This document shows positions 43,683 to 59,800 of a stretch of 64,000 bases of DNA, piece by piece; position 1 is the first letter of the stretch, and each line of letters starts with the position of its first letter. The notes below the pieces were generated by a model that worked only from the letters and a program-made list of their open reading frames with translations, did not search any database and was not told the DNA's origin. The position numbers were made by a program, and so were the translations under genes. Source of the stretch: an uncultured bacterium (lineage in GTDB: Bacteria > Desulfobacterota_D > UBA1144 > Nemesobacterales > UBA2774); NCBI GenBank assembly GCA_963705505.1, contig CAVPJU010000010.1, positions 608,001-672,000 of the forward strand, in the 5' to 3' direction.

Positions 43683-43898
43683 TCAATTAGAAGAAACATT
43701 AGTATTAGTTGAACCTTTAGTATCCGGCCTGACTTTCGGGCATGAAGTAATATTGGCGCTCTCATCCGTATATTTTGTTTGTGTGCAATCTACTCTTCTA
43801 CTGTAACGCAATTGATATTCCATAGCCCTATCCTGCTTGGATATCCCGAAACAGCTTAAACAGATAAAAGCCAATCCCAAAATAATTATCCATTTCAT
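43683..43898 (-). CDS. small putative lipoprotein
   Basis: MKWIIILGLAFICLS-C lipobox-like. Confidence 0.5.
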   Translation of the reverse strand: MKWIIILGLAFICLSCFGISKQDRAMEYQLRYSRRVDCTQTKYTDESANITSCPKVRPDTKGSTNTNVSSN

Positions 43899-44007
43899 AT
43901 AATTACCTTCAGACATCGCTTTTTTTAACAGTCCGACAGAATAGATTCACGAGGTGTCAATATATTACATGTGGAAACTGAAATTGGCAGTATCTACCTG
44001 AAAAAAT

Positions 44008-44083
44008 TGGCTCCGGCGGAGAGATTCGAACTCCCGACATGGTGATTAACAGTCACCCGCTCTGCCAGCTGAGCTACGCCGGA
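44008..44083 (-). tRNA. tRNA-Asn (GTT)
   Basis: TCCGGCG acceptor, GGTGA-CTGTTAA-TCACC anticodon arm, GTTCGAATC T-loop, encoded CCA; 76 nt. Confidence 0.97.
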
Positions 44084-44272
44084 ACCGATTTATAAAGCTC
44101 AGAACTAAAGCAGAATAATCTATACATTAGAACTATACGAGTCAAGAGATTTTCTGCAATTTCATATGTTTAACAATCACGGCACGTTAGGCCGTCAAAG
44201 AAATTGCCGGTTGATTAGCACCCCCTGAAAACGTATACTACATATTACTTCTCGAGTAATAAACTAGGCCAA

Positions 44273-45169
44273 ATGTCTCTAGACCCGCAGAAAAAAAAAG
44301 AAAAGAAACACCAGAGTACTCTTCTTCCGGCACATACTACGTCCCTTCACAGATACCTTGCCGAATTAAGCAACTACCCCGTGCTGAGCCGGGAGGAAGA
44401 ATATAAACTCGCCATGAAGTATAAAGATGACGGCGATCTCGAGGCCGCGAGGAAGCTCGTCACATCCAATCTGAAATTCGTCGTAAGGGTCGCAAACGAA
44501 TATAAAAACTACGGCTTCAACACGATGGACCTCATTCAGGAAGGGAACGTCGGGTTGATGCACGCAGTCAAGGGATTCGACCCGACCAAAGGTTACCGTC
44601 TGATCTCCTACGCCGTCTGGTGGATACGGGCTTATATTCAGAACTACATAATCAAGAGCTGGAGCCTGGTCAAGGTAGGTACGACACAGGCCCAGAGGAA
44701 GCTCTTTTACAAACTCCGCTCCACAAAGAAAGAACTGGAAATGGGCGGGGACAACTTAAGCTCCGAAGATTACAGAGAGCTCGCGAAAAAGCTCGAGGTG
44801 CCCGACGAAGCCGTGATCGAGATGGAGCAGAGGATGGGCAGTAAGGATTTGTCACTCGACGCCGAATTGACGACCGAGAGGGACGCCTCTCATATGGACT
44901 TCCTTACGGGAGGAGAGGATACCCAGGAAGAGCTCCTGACAAAGGTGGAGGAAGAAGAGAGGGTGAGGAAAGGAATGGCGGTCGCGCTCAAAACCTTAAA
45001 GGACAGGGAGCGTTATATTATCGAGAAGCGGGTCCTGGCCGATAAACCCCTGACACTCGAAGAGCTCGGCACCAAATTCAAAATTTCAAGAGAGAGAGTA
45101 AGGCAGATCGAAAGCGCCGCTCTTAAAAAGATCAAAAGCGTACTCGAAGAAAAGGGAATAAGTAAGTAG
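44273..45169 (+). CDS. rpoH: sigma-32 family RNA polymerase sigma factor
   Basis: DLIQEGNVGLM.AV, YAVWWI, RpoH box TTQAQRKLFYKLR, SRERVRQIE. Confidence 0.92.
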   Translation: MSLDPQKKKEKKHQSTLLPAHTTSLHRYLAELSNYPVLSREEEYKLAMKYKDDGDLEAARKLVTSNLKFVVRVANEYKNYGFNTMDLIQEGNVGLMHAVKGFDPTKGYRLISYAVWWIRAYIQNYIIKSWSLVKVGTTQAQRKLFYKLRSTKKELEMGGDNLSSEDYRELAKKLEVPDEAVIEMEQRMGSKDLSLDAELTTERDASHMDFLTGGEDTQEELLTKVEEEERVRKGMAVALKTLKDRERYIIEKRVLADKPLTLEELGTKFKISRERVRQIESAALKKIKSVLEEKGISK

Positions 45170-45182
45170 TCAGTTAAGCAAA

Positions 45183-47831
<2,649 letters not shown>

Positions 47832-47846
47832 TTATTTGAATTGATA

Positions 47847-48908
47847 TTATAAAACCGCCTGCGCATTGCTCTTCGTATTTTTAATTTTCCTGGCCGGATA
47901 TTTCGCGGCCAGCTGACCGCACGCGCCCAGTATATCGCGTCCGCGGCTCTTTCTTATCCTGACGTTGACGCCGAACGACATAAGAATTTCCTGAAAACTC
48001 AATACCCTCTCACGGCTCGGAGAGCGGTAAGGGAGGGGATCGGCTTCATTGAACGGTATGAGGTTCACTTTGCAATTAATGCCGCCGAGGAGGTGTCCGA
48101 GGTCGTAAGCGTCCCTGTCGGAGTCATTGACCCCGCTCAAAAGGACGTATTCGAACATGAGCGCCTTTCTCGGGGGCACCGGGAATCTCACGCTCGCCTT
48201 TATTAGCTCCTTTATAGGATACTTCCTGTTTATGGGCATTATCTCGTCCCTCAGTTCGTCCCGCGGGGCGTTAAGGGATACTGCGAGGTTGACGGAAATC
48301 TGCTCGCCCAGCTCCTTTATCCTGGGAACGAGACCCGAAGTCGAGACCGTTATCCGCTTCGGAGAAAGGGCCAGGAAATTCTCGTCCGTCATCGTTTTAA
48401 GCGCCCTTACGAGGTTGTCCAGGTTGTCGAGCGGCTCGCCCATTCCCATAAATACGATATTGGTAACCGAGCCCCCGCTGTAGCGGTTCGCGAGCAGGTA
48501 CTGGTCGAGTATTTCGGAAGGGGTCAGGTTTCTTATTCTGCCGACAGTTCCTGTAAGGCAGAAAGTGCATCCGAGGGCGCACCCCACCTGTGAAGATACG
48601 CAGAGCGTATGTCTCCCCTTATCGGGTATCAGAACGCTTTCTATCTGGTTCCCGTCTCGGAGTCTGAAGAGGTACTTCCTCGTACCGTCTTTTGAAATTT
48701 GCTCATCCGCAAGCTCTATCGAATCACCGGCGGAAAAAGAGCTTTTCAGAAACTCTCTCATCTCCTTGGACAAATCGGTCATTTCATCGAACGTCAACGC
48801 CCCCTTCCTGTAAACCCATTTGCCTATCTGACGGGCGCGGAAAGGCTCCAGGCCGTTATCGGTAACGAATTTTTCCAATTCCCCGGGACTCAAATCCTTT
48901 ATGTTCAT
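47847..48908 (-). CDS. rlmN: 23S rRNA/tRNA m2A methyltransferase (radical SAM)
   Basis: CVSSQVGC...C.FC, MGMGEP, GACGQL. Confidence 0.96.
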   Translation of the reverse strand: MNIKDLSPGELEKFVTDNGLEPFRARQIGKWVYRKGALTFDEMTDLSKEMREFLKSSFSAGDSIELADEQISKDGTRKYLFRLRDGNQIESVLIPDKGRHTLCVSSQVGCALGCTFCLTGTVGRIRNLTPSEILDQYLLANRYSGGSVTNIVFMGMGEPLDNLDNLVRALKTMTDENFLALSPKRITVSTSGLVPRIKELGEQISVNLAVSLNAPRDELRDEIMPINRKYPIKELIKASVRFPVPPRKALMFEYVLLSGVNDSDRDAYDLGHLLGGINCKVNLIPFNEADPLPYRSPSRERVLSFQEILMSFGVNVRIRKSRGRDILGACGQLAAKYPARKIKNTKSNAQAVL

Positions 48909-49062
48909 ATTTTCCTGATTTTGTTAAACCGGTGTCTTTATTATCCAATTAAGGATACAGGGGGGCGGATATTTATACAATAGGCAGGGTATCTCCCAGG
49001 GAGCTCGTAATAATCTAAATTTATTAAACGGACACATCGGAAGAAATTATATAAAAAATAAT

Positions 49063-50055
49063 CTATGCGGTGCTTTTTTCCTGCTGCAGCTGCTGAAGTA
49101 AATCGGAGAATCTCTTAAGCTCCTTCCGGAGCTCGACTATTTCTTTCTGAAGCACAGCCTGACGTTTTTCATCGGACCTATAGTATGACGTCTTCCGTAA
49201 AGCGAGCCTGCTCACGAGCGCAAGGTACTTATCCTTATTAAGGTACTCGGGAAACCAGCTCCCCCTTCTCATGGCCCTGTAGGACATCAATATTTTTCTA
49301 TGGTCGGCCGGCAGGACACCCAGGTCGAACTCCTCGACAAGCACCACCTCCCTCTGCTTCCGCTCCCCCATTATACCCCTCACATAGATTACGAATATAA
49401 AAATGATGTAAATAATGAGGATGAGAACGGCTATCCCCCAGTAAGCCTCGCTCCTCGAGGTAACGAGGAAATTCCACGTAGCGTGGAGGAAAACGGCGAG
49501 CAGGTAAAACCCGCCGACGGACATCCAGGGGTTCTTCCCACCGTCCTTCAATTTGCTTATACCCGCTCCGAAAGTGGCGCTCGCGGCGCAGTGCATGTTC
49601 GCCGTCATCATGCTCCTGATAAATAACAGGTTCAACCATTCGAATCCCGGTGCAGAGCCCGCAAATTGCGTGAAGTACATGAAATTCTCGGTCATTCCGA
49701 ACCCGAGGCCCGAAGCCGCGCCGTAAACAAGGCCGTCCGTCACATTATCGAACTGCCTCATCCTGAGGAGGAAGATAACAACGAGCCCCTTCATGAATTC
49801 CTCTATGAAAGGAGCCAGAACCACCGCCGGAAAGTCGAACTCCGTGGTATTAACGATGCCGCCCAGCATTCTTATTCCGGCGTCCGTTCCGAGTATCGAC
49901 AGGGCTATAGCCCCGAAGCCGCCCCAAAGGAACGCTCCGAACACATACTTCAGCGGTTCCCTGTCATATCGGTCGACCCACCAGATGAAAATGAGCATCG
50001 CCACCATAGGGGTGACAGCCACTATCAATGAGACGAAAATTATTACGTGATTCAT
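49063..50055 (-). CDS. prsW: PrsW family glutamic-type intramembrane protease
   Basis: DRYDREP, APFIEE.MK, GLGFGMTEN, H, LHATWN. Confidence 0.88.
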   Translation of the reverse strand: MNHVIIFVSLIVAVTPMVAMLIFIWWVDRYDREPLKYVFGAFLWGGFGAIALSILGTDAGIRMLGGIVNTTEFDFPAVVLAPFIEEFMKGLVVIFLLRMRQFDNVTDGLVYGAASGLGFGMTENFMYFTQFAGSAPGFEWLNLLFIRSMMTANMHCAASATFGAGISKLKDGGKNPWMSVGGFYLLAVFLHATWNFLVTSRSEAYWGIAVLILIIYIIFIFVIYVRGIMGERKQREVVLVEEFDLGVLPADHRKILMSYRAMRRGSWFPEYLNKDKYLALVSRLALRKTSYYRSDEKRQAVLQKEIVELRKELKRFSDLLQQLQQEKSTA

Positions 50056-50309
50056 AAATTTACAATCATATTAGTATCCAATGATGATTATTTCAAGGAG
50101 CGCCGCCGCGCCGGATCATAGGGCTGCCGCCGGGATAATCGGAATAATTTAACGAAACCGGACACATGCACATGCACGATATTGACAACGCCGAGAACGG
50201 CATCAAATTAAATAACTCCATATAAGAAATAAGGAGTGTTATTTCGAGCTCCGTTCAGTGATTAGGTCCCGATAAACTGGTATATTAAACAAGAGAGTGA
50301 CCGAGCTAA

Positions 50310-52507
<2,198 letters not shown>

Positions 52508-52521
<14 letters not shown>

Positions 52522-53929
52522 AGAAGAGTGCGGCGTATTCGGCATTTACGGTAATGTCGAGGCTTCGAACCTCACATACCTGGGCCTTCACGCGCTCCAG
52601 CACAGGGGACAGGAAAGCGCCGGTATAGTAACTTCCGACGGAGTCAACCTCCATAACCACCGGGCGATGGGCCTCGTCTCCGACATATTCACCGAAGAAA
52701 TCCTATCGCACCTCACGGGACAGAACGCAATAGGGCACGTACGCTACTCGACCACGGGCTCGAGTCAGGCAAAAAATATGCAGCCCATCGTCATCAATTA
52801 TTTCCGCGGGGCGCTTGCCATAGCGCACAACGGGAACCTGACGAACGCGAGGACGTTACGTGAAGAGCTCGAAGCGGAAGGCGCGATATTCCAGTCCACC
52901 ACAGACACGGAAGTCATAGTACACCTCATCGCGAAGTCGAAAGAGGAAACGCTCCTGCACAGGATAATAGAAGCCCTCATCAGGTGTAAGGGGGCATATT
53001 CGCTCCTCTTCCTCACACCCGAAGCGATGATCGCGGCAAGGGACCCGTACGGCTTCAGGCCGCTCGTCATGGGCAAGCTCGGCGACTCGGTAGTCTTCGC
53101 GTCTGAAACATGTGCGTTCGACCTCATAGAAGCCGAATTCGTAAGAGAGATAGAGCCCGGCGAAATAGTCGTGGTCAATGATAAGGGCGTCGAGTCGTTC
53201 AAGCCCTTCGGGGATTCCAAACATGCTTACTGCGTATTCGAATACATTTATTTTGCGAGGCCCGACAGTTTCCTCACGGGACGTAACGTGTACCAGGTGA
53301 GAAGAGCGCTCGGGAAACAGCTCGCGATAGAGCAGCCCGCCGACGCGGATATAATCGTCGCGGTGCCGGACTCCGGAGTACCCGCAGCCATGGGGTTCTC
53401 CGAGGAATCGGGGCTTCCGCTGGAGCTGGGGCTCCTCAGGAGCCACTACGTCGGGAGGACGTTCATAGAGCCCCAGCAGTCGATAAGGAACTTCGGCGTG
53501 AGGCTGAAATTGAACGCGATTAAGGAAGTGCTCGACGGGAAGAGGGTCGTGATCGTGGACGACTCGATAGTCAGAGGGACGACGTCGACGAAAGATTGTG
53601 AAGATGATACGCGCGGCGGGCGCGAAGGAAGTGCACATGAGGATAAGCTCGCCCCCGACTAAGTTCTCATGCTATTACGGGATAGATACACCGGTCAAGG
53701 AAGAGATTGATCGCCAATTCCCTCGAGATAGACGAGATAAGGAAGTACATCACGTCCGATTCTCTTGGATATTTCACGCATGGAAGGCGTAATGAAAGCG
53801 GTAGATGATACGAAGAAGTTAAACGGCACGGAAACATTCTGCAACGCCTGCTTCAGCGGCAAATACCCGGTCGAACTTACAGACCTCAAGAAAACCAAAC
53901 AGAAACAGCTTGGGCTTTTTGGGGGATAA
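52508..53929 (+). CDS. purF: amidophosphoribosyltransferase, three frameshifts near the 3' end (~53591, ~53706, ~53775)
   Basis: [29 protein letters not shown]; shifted frames give [21 protein letters not shown]...GG*. Confidence 0.93.
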
Positions 53930-54071
53930 CACCCAAAACAAATCCCATTTAATTTCACGAACACACCTTACGTCCTTTATCTCCGCAAATATAATTTTTT
54001 AGATACAGTTTTAAAGGAATGACCCGGGCGGGTAGCGAAAATACCTAAGACAGATTTAAGGAACTTATAAC

Positions 54072-56780
54072 CTAAGCGATCTCGCTCAGCTTATGAAGCA
54101 CGTCTTCCATCTTCTTTATCTGGAATGAAAGCTCCTCGAATATTTCGCGCTCTTTTTTGATGATATCTTCAGGGGCGCGCTCGAGGAATTCGGGGTTGGA
54201 GAGTTTCTTTTCGGTGCGTTCCAAATCTTTAGAAATCTTGCCGATCTCTTTTTTTATCCTCTCGGTTTCTTTCCCTATGTCGATCAGCCCCTCGACGGGA
54301 AGGAATATCTCGACGCCGGGGATTACATGGGCGATCGCCTTTTTCGGTTTATCTTTCTTCGCGATTTCAAATCCTGACAATGAAGCCAGGCTGAGTATAA
54401 AGCCCTTATTGTCCTCAATCTGCTTCCGGGCTTCCTTGGTTTCAGGGAGGAGGACGACGCTCACTTTCTCAGACGGATGGAGACCTATCACAGCCCGGAG
54501 GTTCCTTACGCCGACGACTATCTCCTTCATAAGCTCCACTTCGTCATGAGCGTCGCGGAAAATCTGCGTCTCGTTACATTCGGGGAACGAGCTTATCATT
54601 ATGCTCTCCGCCGTACCGCCGTCAACAGCGCTCAATTCCACCCCGAACCCGCGGAGCCTCTGATAGAGCTCCTCCGTTATGAAGGGGGCCATGGGATGGA
54701 GCAATTGGAGCGCGGTCTTGAGCACCCTTACGAGCACGCTCTTCGTTTTTTGCTTCCCGCGGGGGTCGGCTCCGTACAGGACGGGCTTTACGGACTCGAT
54801 GTACCAGTCGCAGTACTCAGACCAGAAGAACTTGTAAACAGCCCCGGCAGCTTTGTCGAATTCGTAATTCTCAAACGAATCCCCGACCTCTTTGACGGTC
54901 TCGTTGAGCTTGGTCAGTATCCATTTATCGTATGTCGAAAGCTCTTCATCGGGGACCTTCACGCTCTCGTCGTAGTCCCCGAGGTTCATGATGAGAAAGC
55001 GCGAAGCGTTCCAGATTTTATTTATGAAATTCCTGTAGCCCTGAATGACGGGCATCGAGAGCTTGATGTCCCTCCCCTGAGTGGCGAGCGCGGTCAGGCT
55101 GAACCGGAGGGCGTCTGCCCCGTTCTCCTCTATGACGTCGAGAGGGTCTATGACGTTCCCCCTCGTCTTACTCATCTTGTGCCCCTTCTCGTCCCTTATG
55201 AGCCCGTGTATGTAAACGTCCTTAAACGGGACGTCCCCCATGAACTTGAGCCCCTGCATTATCATGCGCGCGACCCAGAAAAAGATAATATCGAACCCCG
55301 TAACTAAAACGCTCGTCGGATAGTATCTCTTTAACTCGGGCGTAGGCTCGGGCCAGCCGAGTGTCGAAAACGGCCAGAGACCGGAGGAAAACCACGTATC
55401 GAGCACATCGGGGTCCCTCTTCAATTCCACTTCCTTTCCGTAATGCTTTTTTGCAGCCTTGTACGCGTCCTCTTCCGAGAGCGCTACGAAAATCTCCCCG
55501 CCGGGCCCGTACCATGCGGGTATCTGATGCCCCCACCAGAGCTGACGGGATATGCACCAGGGCTCTATATTCTTTAGCCATTCGAAGTAGGTGCTCTCCC
55601 AGTATTTCGGTACGAACCTGATCTTACCCTGCTCGACGGCGGCAATAGCGGGCGCGGCGAGAGTGGCCGCATCTACGTACCACTGGTCCGTGAGCCAGGG
55701 CTCGACCGCGACCCCGGACCTGTCGCCGTAGGGGACCGTGTGCCGCGTGTCCTCTATCTTATCGAGGAGCCCCCGCGCTTCCATATCTTCGACAACGCGC
55801 TTTCTCGCCTCGAACCTCTCGAGGCCTCTGTATTTTGCGGGGACGTTGTCGTTCAAGTGAGCGGTTTCGTCGAATATGTTGATCATAGGGAGGTTGTGTC
55901 TCCGCCCGACCTCGAAGTCGTTGAAGTCGTGGGCGGGTGTGATTTTGACGGCTCCCGTACCCTTCTCCGGGTCGCTGTATTCATCGGCGATTATGGGGAT
56001 GGGGCGCTCAGCGAGGGGGAGCACCGCGTTTTTCCCGACGAGACGCTTATAGCGAGCATCATCGGGATGCACGGCGACGGCTGTATCCCCGAGCATCGTT
56101 TCGGGCCTCGTAGTGGCGACGGTTATGAATTCGTCATTGCTTCCCTCGATCGGGTACCTGAAATGCCAGAAGTGGCCTGAGACCTCGCGCTGGTCCACCT
56201 CCAGATCGGAAATAGCCGTGCAGAGCCTGGGGTCCCAGTTGACGAGCCTCTTGTCCTTATAGATTAGCTTTTCGTTATAGAGGTCGACGAATACCTTCCT
56301 CACGGCGTAGGACAACCCCTCGTCCATCGTGAAACGCTCCATATCCCAGTCGGGGAGCGCCCCGAGACGCCTCAGCTGGCGCGTGATGGTATCGCCGGAT
56401 TCCTGCTTCCACCGCCAGACGCGCTCGACGAACCTCTCCCTGCCCATCTGCGCCCGCGACGTGCCCTCCTTTTCGAGCTCGCGCTCGACCATCATCTGCG
56501 TCGCGATCCCGGCATGATCCGTGCCCGGGACCCAGAGCGCATCGAACCCTTTCATACGCTTCCAGCGGATGAGTATGTCCTGGAGCGTGTTGTTGAGCGC
56601 GTGGCCTATGTGAAGCGACCCCGTCACGTTGGGAGGGGGGATTACAATCGTATAAGGGGGTTTTCCGCCGGACGGCGAAGATTTATAATAGCCTTTTTCG
56701 ATCCAGTCGGCGTACCATTTCTCTTCAACCTTTTTTGGATCGTAGACCTTATCCAGCTGGGTTTTACTATCGTCCGGCAT
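54072..56780 (-). CDS. valS: valine--tRNA ligase
   Basis: PPPNVTG.LHIGH, TTRPET, WCISRQLWWGH, KMSKT. Confidence 0.98.
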   Translation of the reverse strand: MPDDSKTQLDKVYDPKKVEEKWYADWIEKGYYKSSPSGGKPPYTIVIPPPNVTGSLHIGHALNNTLQDILIRWKRMKGFDALWVPGTDHAGIATQMMVERELEKEGTSRAQMGRERFVERVWRWKQESGDTITRQLRRLGALPDWDMERFTMDEGLSYAVRKVFVDLYNEKLIYKDKRLVNWDPRLCTAISDLEVDQREVSGHFWHFRYPIEGSNDEFITVATTRPETMLGDTAVAVHPDDARYKRLVGKNAVLPLAERPIPIIADEYSDPEKGTGAVKITPAHDFNDFEVGRRHNLPMINIFDETAHLNDNVPAKYRGLERFEARKRVVEDMEARGLLDKIEDTRHTVPYGDRSGVAVEPWLTDQWYVDAATLAAPAIAAVEQGKIRFVPKYWESTYFEWLKNIEPWCISRQLWWGHQIPAWYGPGGEIFVALSEEDAYKAAKKHYGKEVELKRDPDVLDTWFSSGLWPFSTLGWPEPTPELKRYYPTSVLVTGFDIIFFWVARMIMQGLKFMGDVPFKDVYIHGLIRDEKGHKMSKTRGNVIDPLDVIEENGADALRFSLTALATQGRDIKLSMPVIQGYRNFINKIWNASRFLIMNLGDYDESVKVPDEELSTYDKWILTKLNETVKEVGDSFENYEFDKAAGAVYKFFWSEYCDWYIESVKPVLYGADPRGKQKTKSVLVRVLKTALQLLHPMAPFITEELYQRLRGFGVELSAVDGGTAESIMISSFPECNETQIFRDAHDEVELMKEIVVGVRNLRAVIGLHPSEKVSVVLLPETKEARKQIEDNKGFILSLASLSGFEIAKKDKPKKAIAHVIPGVEIFLPVEGLIDIGKETERIKKEIGKISKDLERTEKKLSNPEFLERAPEDIIKKEREIFEELSFQIKKMEDVLHKLSEIA

Positions 56781-56815
56781 GGCAGATATTCAATGATAGA
56801 AAGAATCGAGAATCA

Positions 56816-56850
56816 CGGGTTCGGAGACGGTTCTTGAGCCTCCGAACCCG
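56816..56850 (-). terminator. stem-loop downstream of rpoC
   Basis: CGGGTTCGGAG...CTCCGAACCCG 11-bp stem. Confidence 0.6.
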
Positions 56851-56865
56851 GTTTATTCGCTATGT

Positions 56866-59800
56866 TTATTCTTCGTCCGCAGAAGCAGCCGCGGGTACGG
56901 GCACTTCGAGAACGGGGACTTCGACATCTATATTCCTGTATATTGGGAGTCCTGTCCCTGCGGGTATCAGCCTTCCCATTATAACGTTTTCCTTAAGACC
57001 CCTGAGGTTGTCTTCTTTGCCCTCGCAGGCTGCCTCGGTGAGCACCCTCGTAGTCTCCTGGAACGATGCGGCCGAAAGCCAGCTGTCAGTGCTCAGCGAA
57101 GCCCTCGTTATTCCGAGAAGGAGCGGCTCCGCGGACGCGGGCCTTCCTCCCTGCGCAACGACCCTCTCGTTCTCCTCGAAGAAGATGTGCTTCTCTATGG
57201 CCTCTCCGACGAGCAAAATGGTGTCTCCGGGGTCTTTAATCCTTACCCGCTTGAGCATCTGCCTCACTATGGCTTCGATATGCTTATCGTTTATCTTGAC
57301 TCCCTGGAGCCTGTAAACCTCCTGGATCTCGTCGACTAAATATCTCGTGAGCGCCCGCTCTCCGCGGATTCTCAGTATGTCGTGGGGGTTTACGGACCCG
57401 TCGACAAGCTGGTCTCCGGAAGTCACCACCTCGCCTTCCCTCACGAGGACGTGTTTTCCCCTCGGGACGAGGTATTCCTTGGGCTCGCCTATCTCCGGGG
57501 TTACAACGACCCTTCTCTTACCCTTAAGGTCTTTCCCGTAGGTTACTATACCGTCTATCTCGGTAACGACGGCAGGGTCTTTGGGCATTCTGGCTTCGAA
57601 AAGCTCTGCGACCCTGGGCAGTCCGCCCGTGATGTCCTTTGTTTTCGCGGTCGCCCTCGCGATCTTGGCCACTACGTCTCCGGCGCTGACGACATCGCCT
57701 TCGTTCGCTTCTATAATCGCCCCGATCGGGAGGGAGTACTGTATGCTTTTTCCTTCATCGGTCGTGATAACGAGACCGGGGTGAACTTCAAAGTTCTTGG
57801 ATTCCATAACGACTTTTTTATAAATACCCGTAACTTCGTCAACCTGCTCTTTAAGAGTTATGCCCTGCTCCAGGTCCACAAAACCTACCTTGCCGTCGAA
57901 TTCCGAAATAAACGGCGTCGTGTACGGGTCCCATTCCGCGAGGAGCTGTCCTTCCCTGACCTTATCACCTTCGTTGATCCTCAGTCTGGCTCCGAGCGCG
58001 AGCGGATAACGCTCCCTCTCATACCCTTTATCGTCCACTAATATCAGAGTCCCGGTGCGGTTAATTACGACCAAGCTTCCGTCCTTGGCCGTTACAGTCC
58101 TTACAGTGTTGAATTTAATCGTGCCTTCGTGCGCGGATTCGAGCGTACTTTCGGCAGCCCTCTGGCTCGCGGCGCCTCCGATGTGGAACGTTCTCATCGT
58201 GAGCTGAGTTCCGGGCTCGCCTATCGACTGGGCGGCGATAATTCCGACCGCTTCTCCGATATTCACGAGCTTTCCCGTAGCCAGGTTCCTGCCGTAACAC
58301 AATACGCACACTCCTATGCGCGTCTCGCAGGTCAATACCGACCTTATCCTTACCTCCGTTATGCTTCCGGCCTCGTCTATTCTGGCCGCCGCCTGCTCGT
58401 CTATTTCCTCGTTCGCTCTTACTATTACATCGCCGCTTACGGGGTCGAGTATGTCCTCGACGGTAACCCTTCCGAGCACCCTTTCGCCGACCCTCTCTAT
58501 AATCTCGCCGCCCTCGACGAGGTCGCTGACCGTGATTCCCTCCACGGTCCCGCAGTCGAATTCTTTTATCATTACGTCCTGGGCGACGTCTATGAGCCTT
58601 CTCGTAAGATAACCCGCGTTAGCCGTTTTCAAGGCTGTGTCGGCAAGTCCCTTCCTCGCGCCGTGGGTCGAAATGAAGTACTGAAGGACGGTAAGTCCCT
58701 CGCGGAAGTTAGACGTAATCGGAGTCTCTATGATCTCTCCCGACGGCTTGGCCATGAGTCCCCTCATACCCGCCAGCTGACGTACCTGTGTCTGGCTGCC
58801 CCTCGCCCCCGAGTCTATCATCATGTATATGGGGTTTGAGCTCGCCCCTCTCTTTAAGTTGCCGTCCTTGTCGGTGTACTCTTCGTAAGAAATATCTCTC
58901 ATCATTTCCTGAGCCACTTCGTCGCTCGTACGGGCCCAGATGTCGATAACCTTGTTGTACCTTTCGCCGTCCGTAATCAGCCCCTGAGAATACTGGTTCT
59001 GGACTTTGACTACTTCGTCCTGCGCCTTCTCAAGGAGCTCCTTCTTCTTGTGCGGGATTCTCATATCGTCTATCGATATGGAAATACCGGCTCTGGTCGA
59101 ATACTTGAACCCGAGTGTCCTCATCCTGTCGGCGAGTATCACGGTGTTCTTGCCGCCGGCCATCCTGAAACAGGTATCGACTAGCTCCTCAATGGCTCTC
59201 TTGGTCATGACCCTGTTTACAAGCTCGAACGGGATGTCCTTGGGCATGATATCGTAAAGGAGCACGCGTCCCGCGGTCGTCTCGAATATCTTGCCGCTCA
59301 CGCGGACTTTTATCTTCGCATGTATCCCAATTTCTCCGGAATCGTACGCAATCTGCACTTCTTCGATGCTCGAGAAGATCTTGCCGTCCCCCTTATCGTA
59401 CGCCATATCCCTCGTCATATAGTAGATGCCGAGGACTATGTCCTGTGTCGGGAGGATTATCGGCTTCCCGTGCGCAGGGGATAGAATATTGTTCGTAGAC
59501 ATCACGAGCGTCCTGCACTCCGTCTGCGCTTCTATGGAGAGCGGTACATGTACCGCCATCTGGTCGCCGTCGAAGTCCGCATTATAGGCGGGGCAAACGA
59601 GCGGGTGGATCTGAATCGCCTTGTCCTCTATCAGTATGGGCTCGAACGCCTGAATACTGAGGCGGTGAAGAGTCGGAGCGCGGTTGAGTAAAACCGGGTG
59701 CTCCTTGATTACCTCGTCGAGCGCGTCCCATACTATCGGGGCTTCCTGTTCTACGAGCTTCTTTGCTATTTTTATTGTCGCCGCGGCTCCCCATTTCTCA

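Noticed and set aside
49063..50055. PrsW as the protease for the island anti-sigma or the CTERM protein
   Set aside because: The anti-sigma has no TM segment, PrsW lies among core genes far away, and there is no sequence link.
50180..50309. Purine or ZMP riboswitch upstream of purL
   Set aside because: Only an imperfect AT-rich hairpin; conserved aptamer nucleotides were not recognised.
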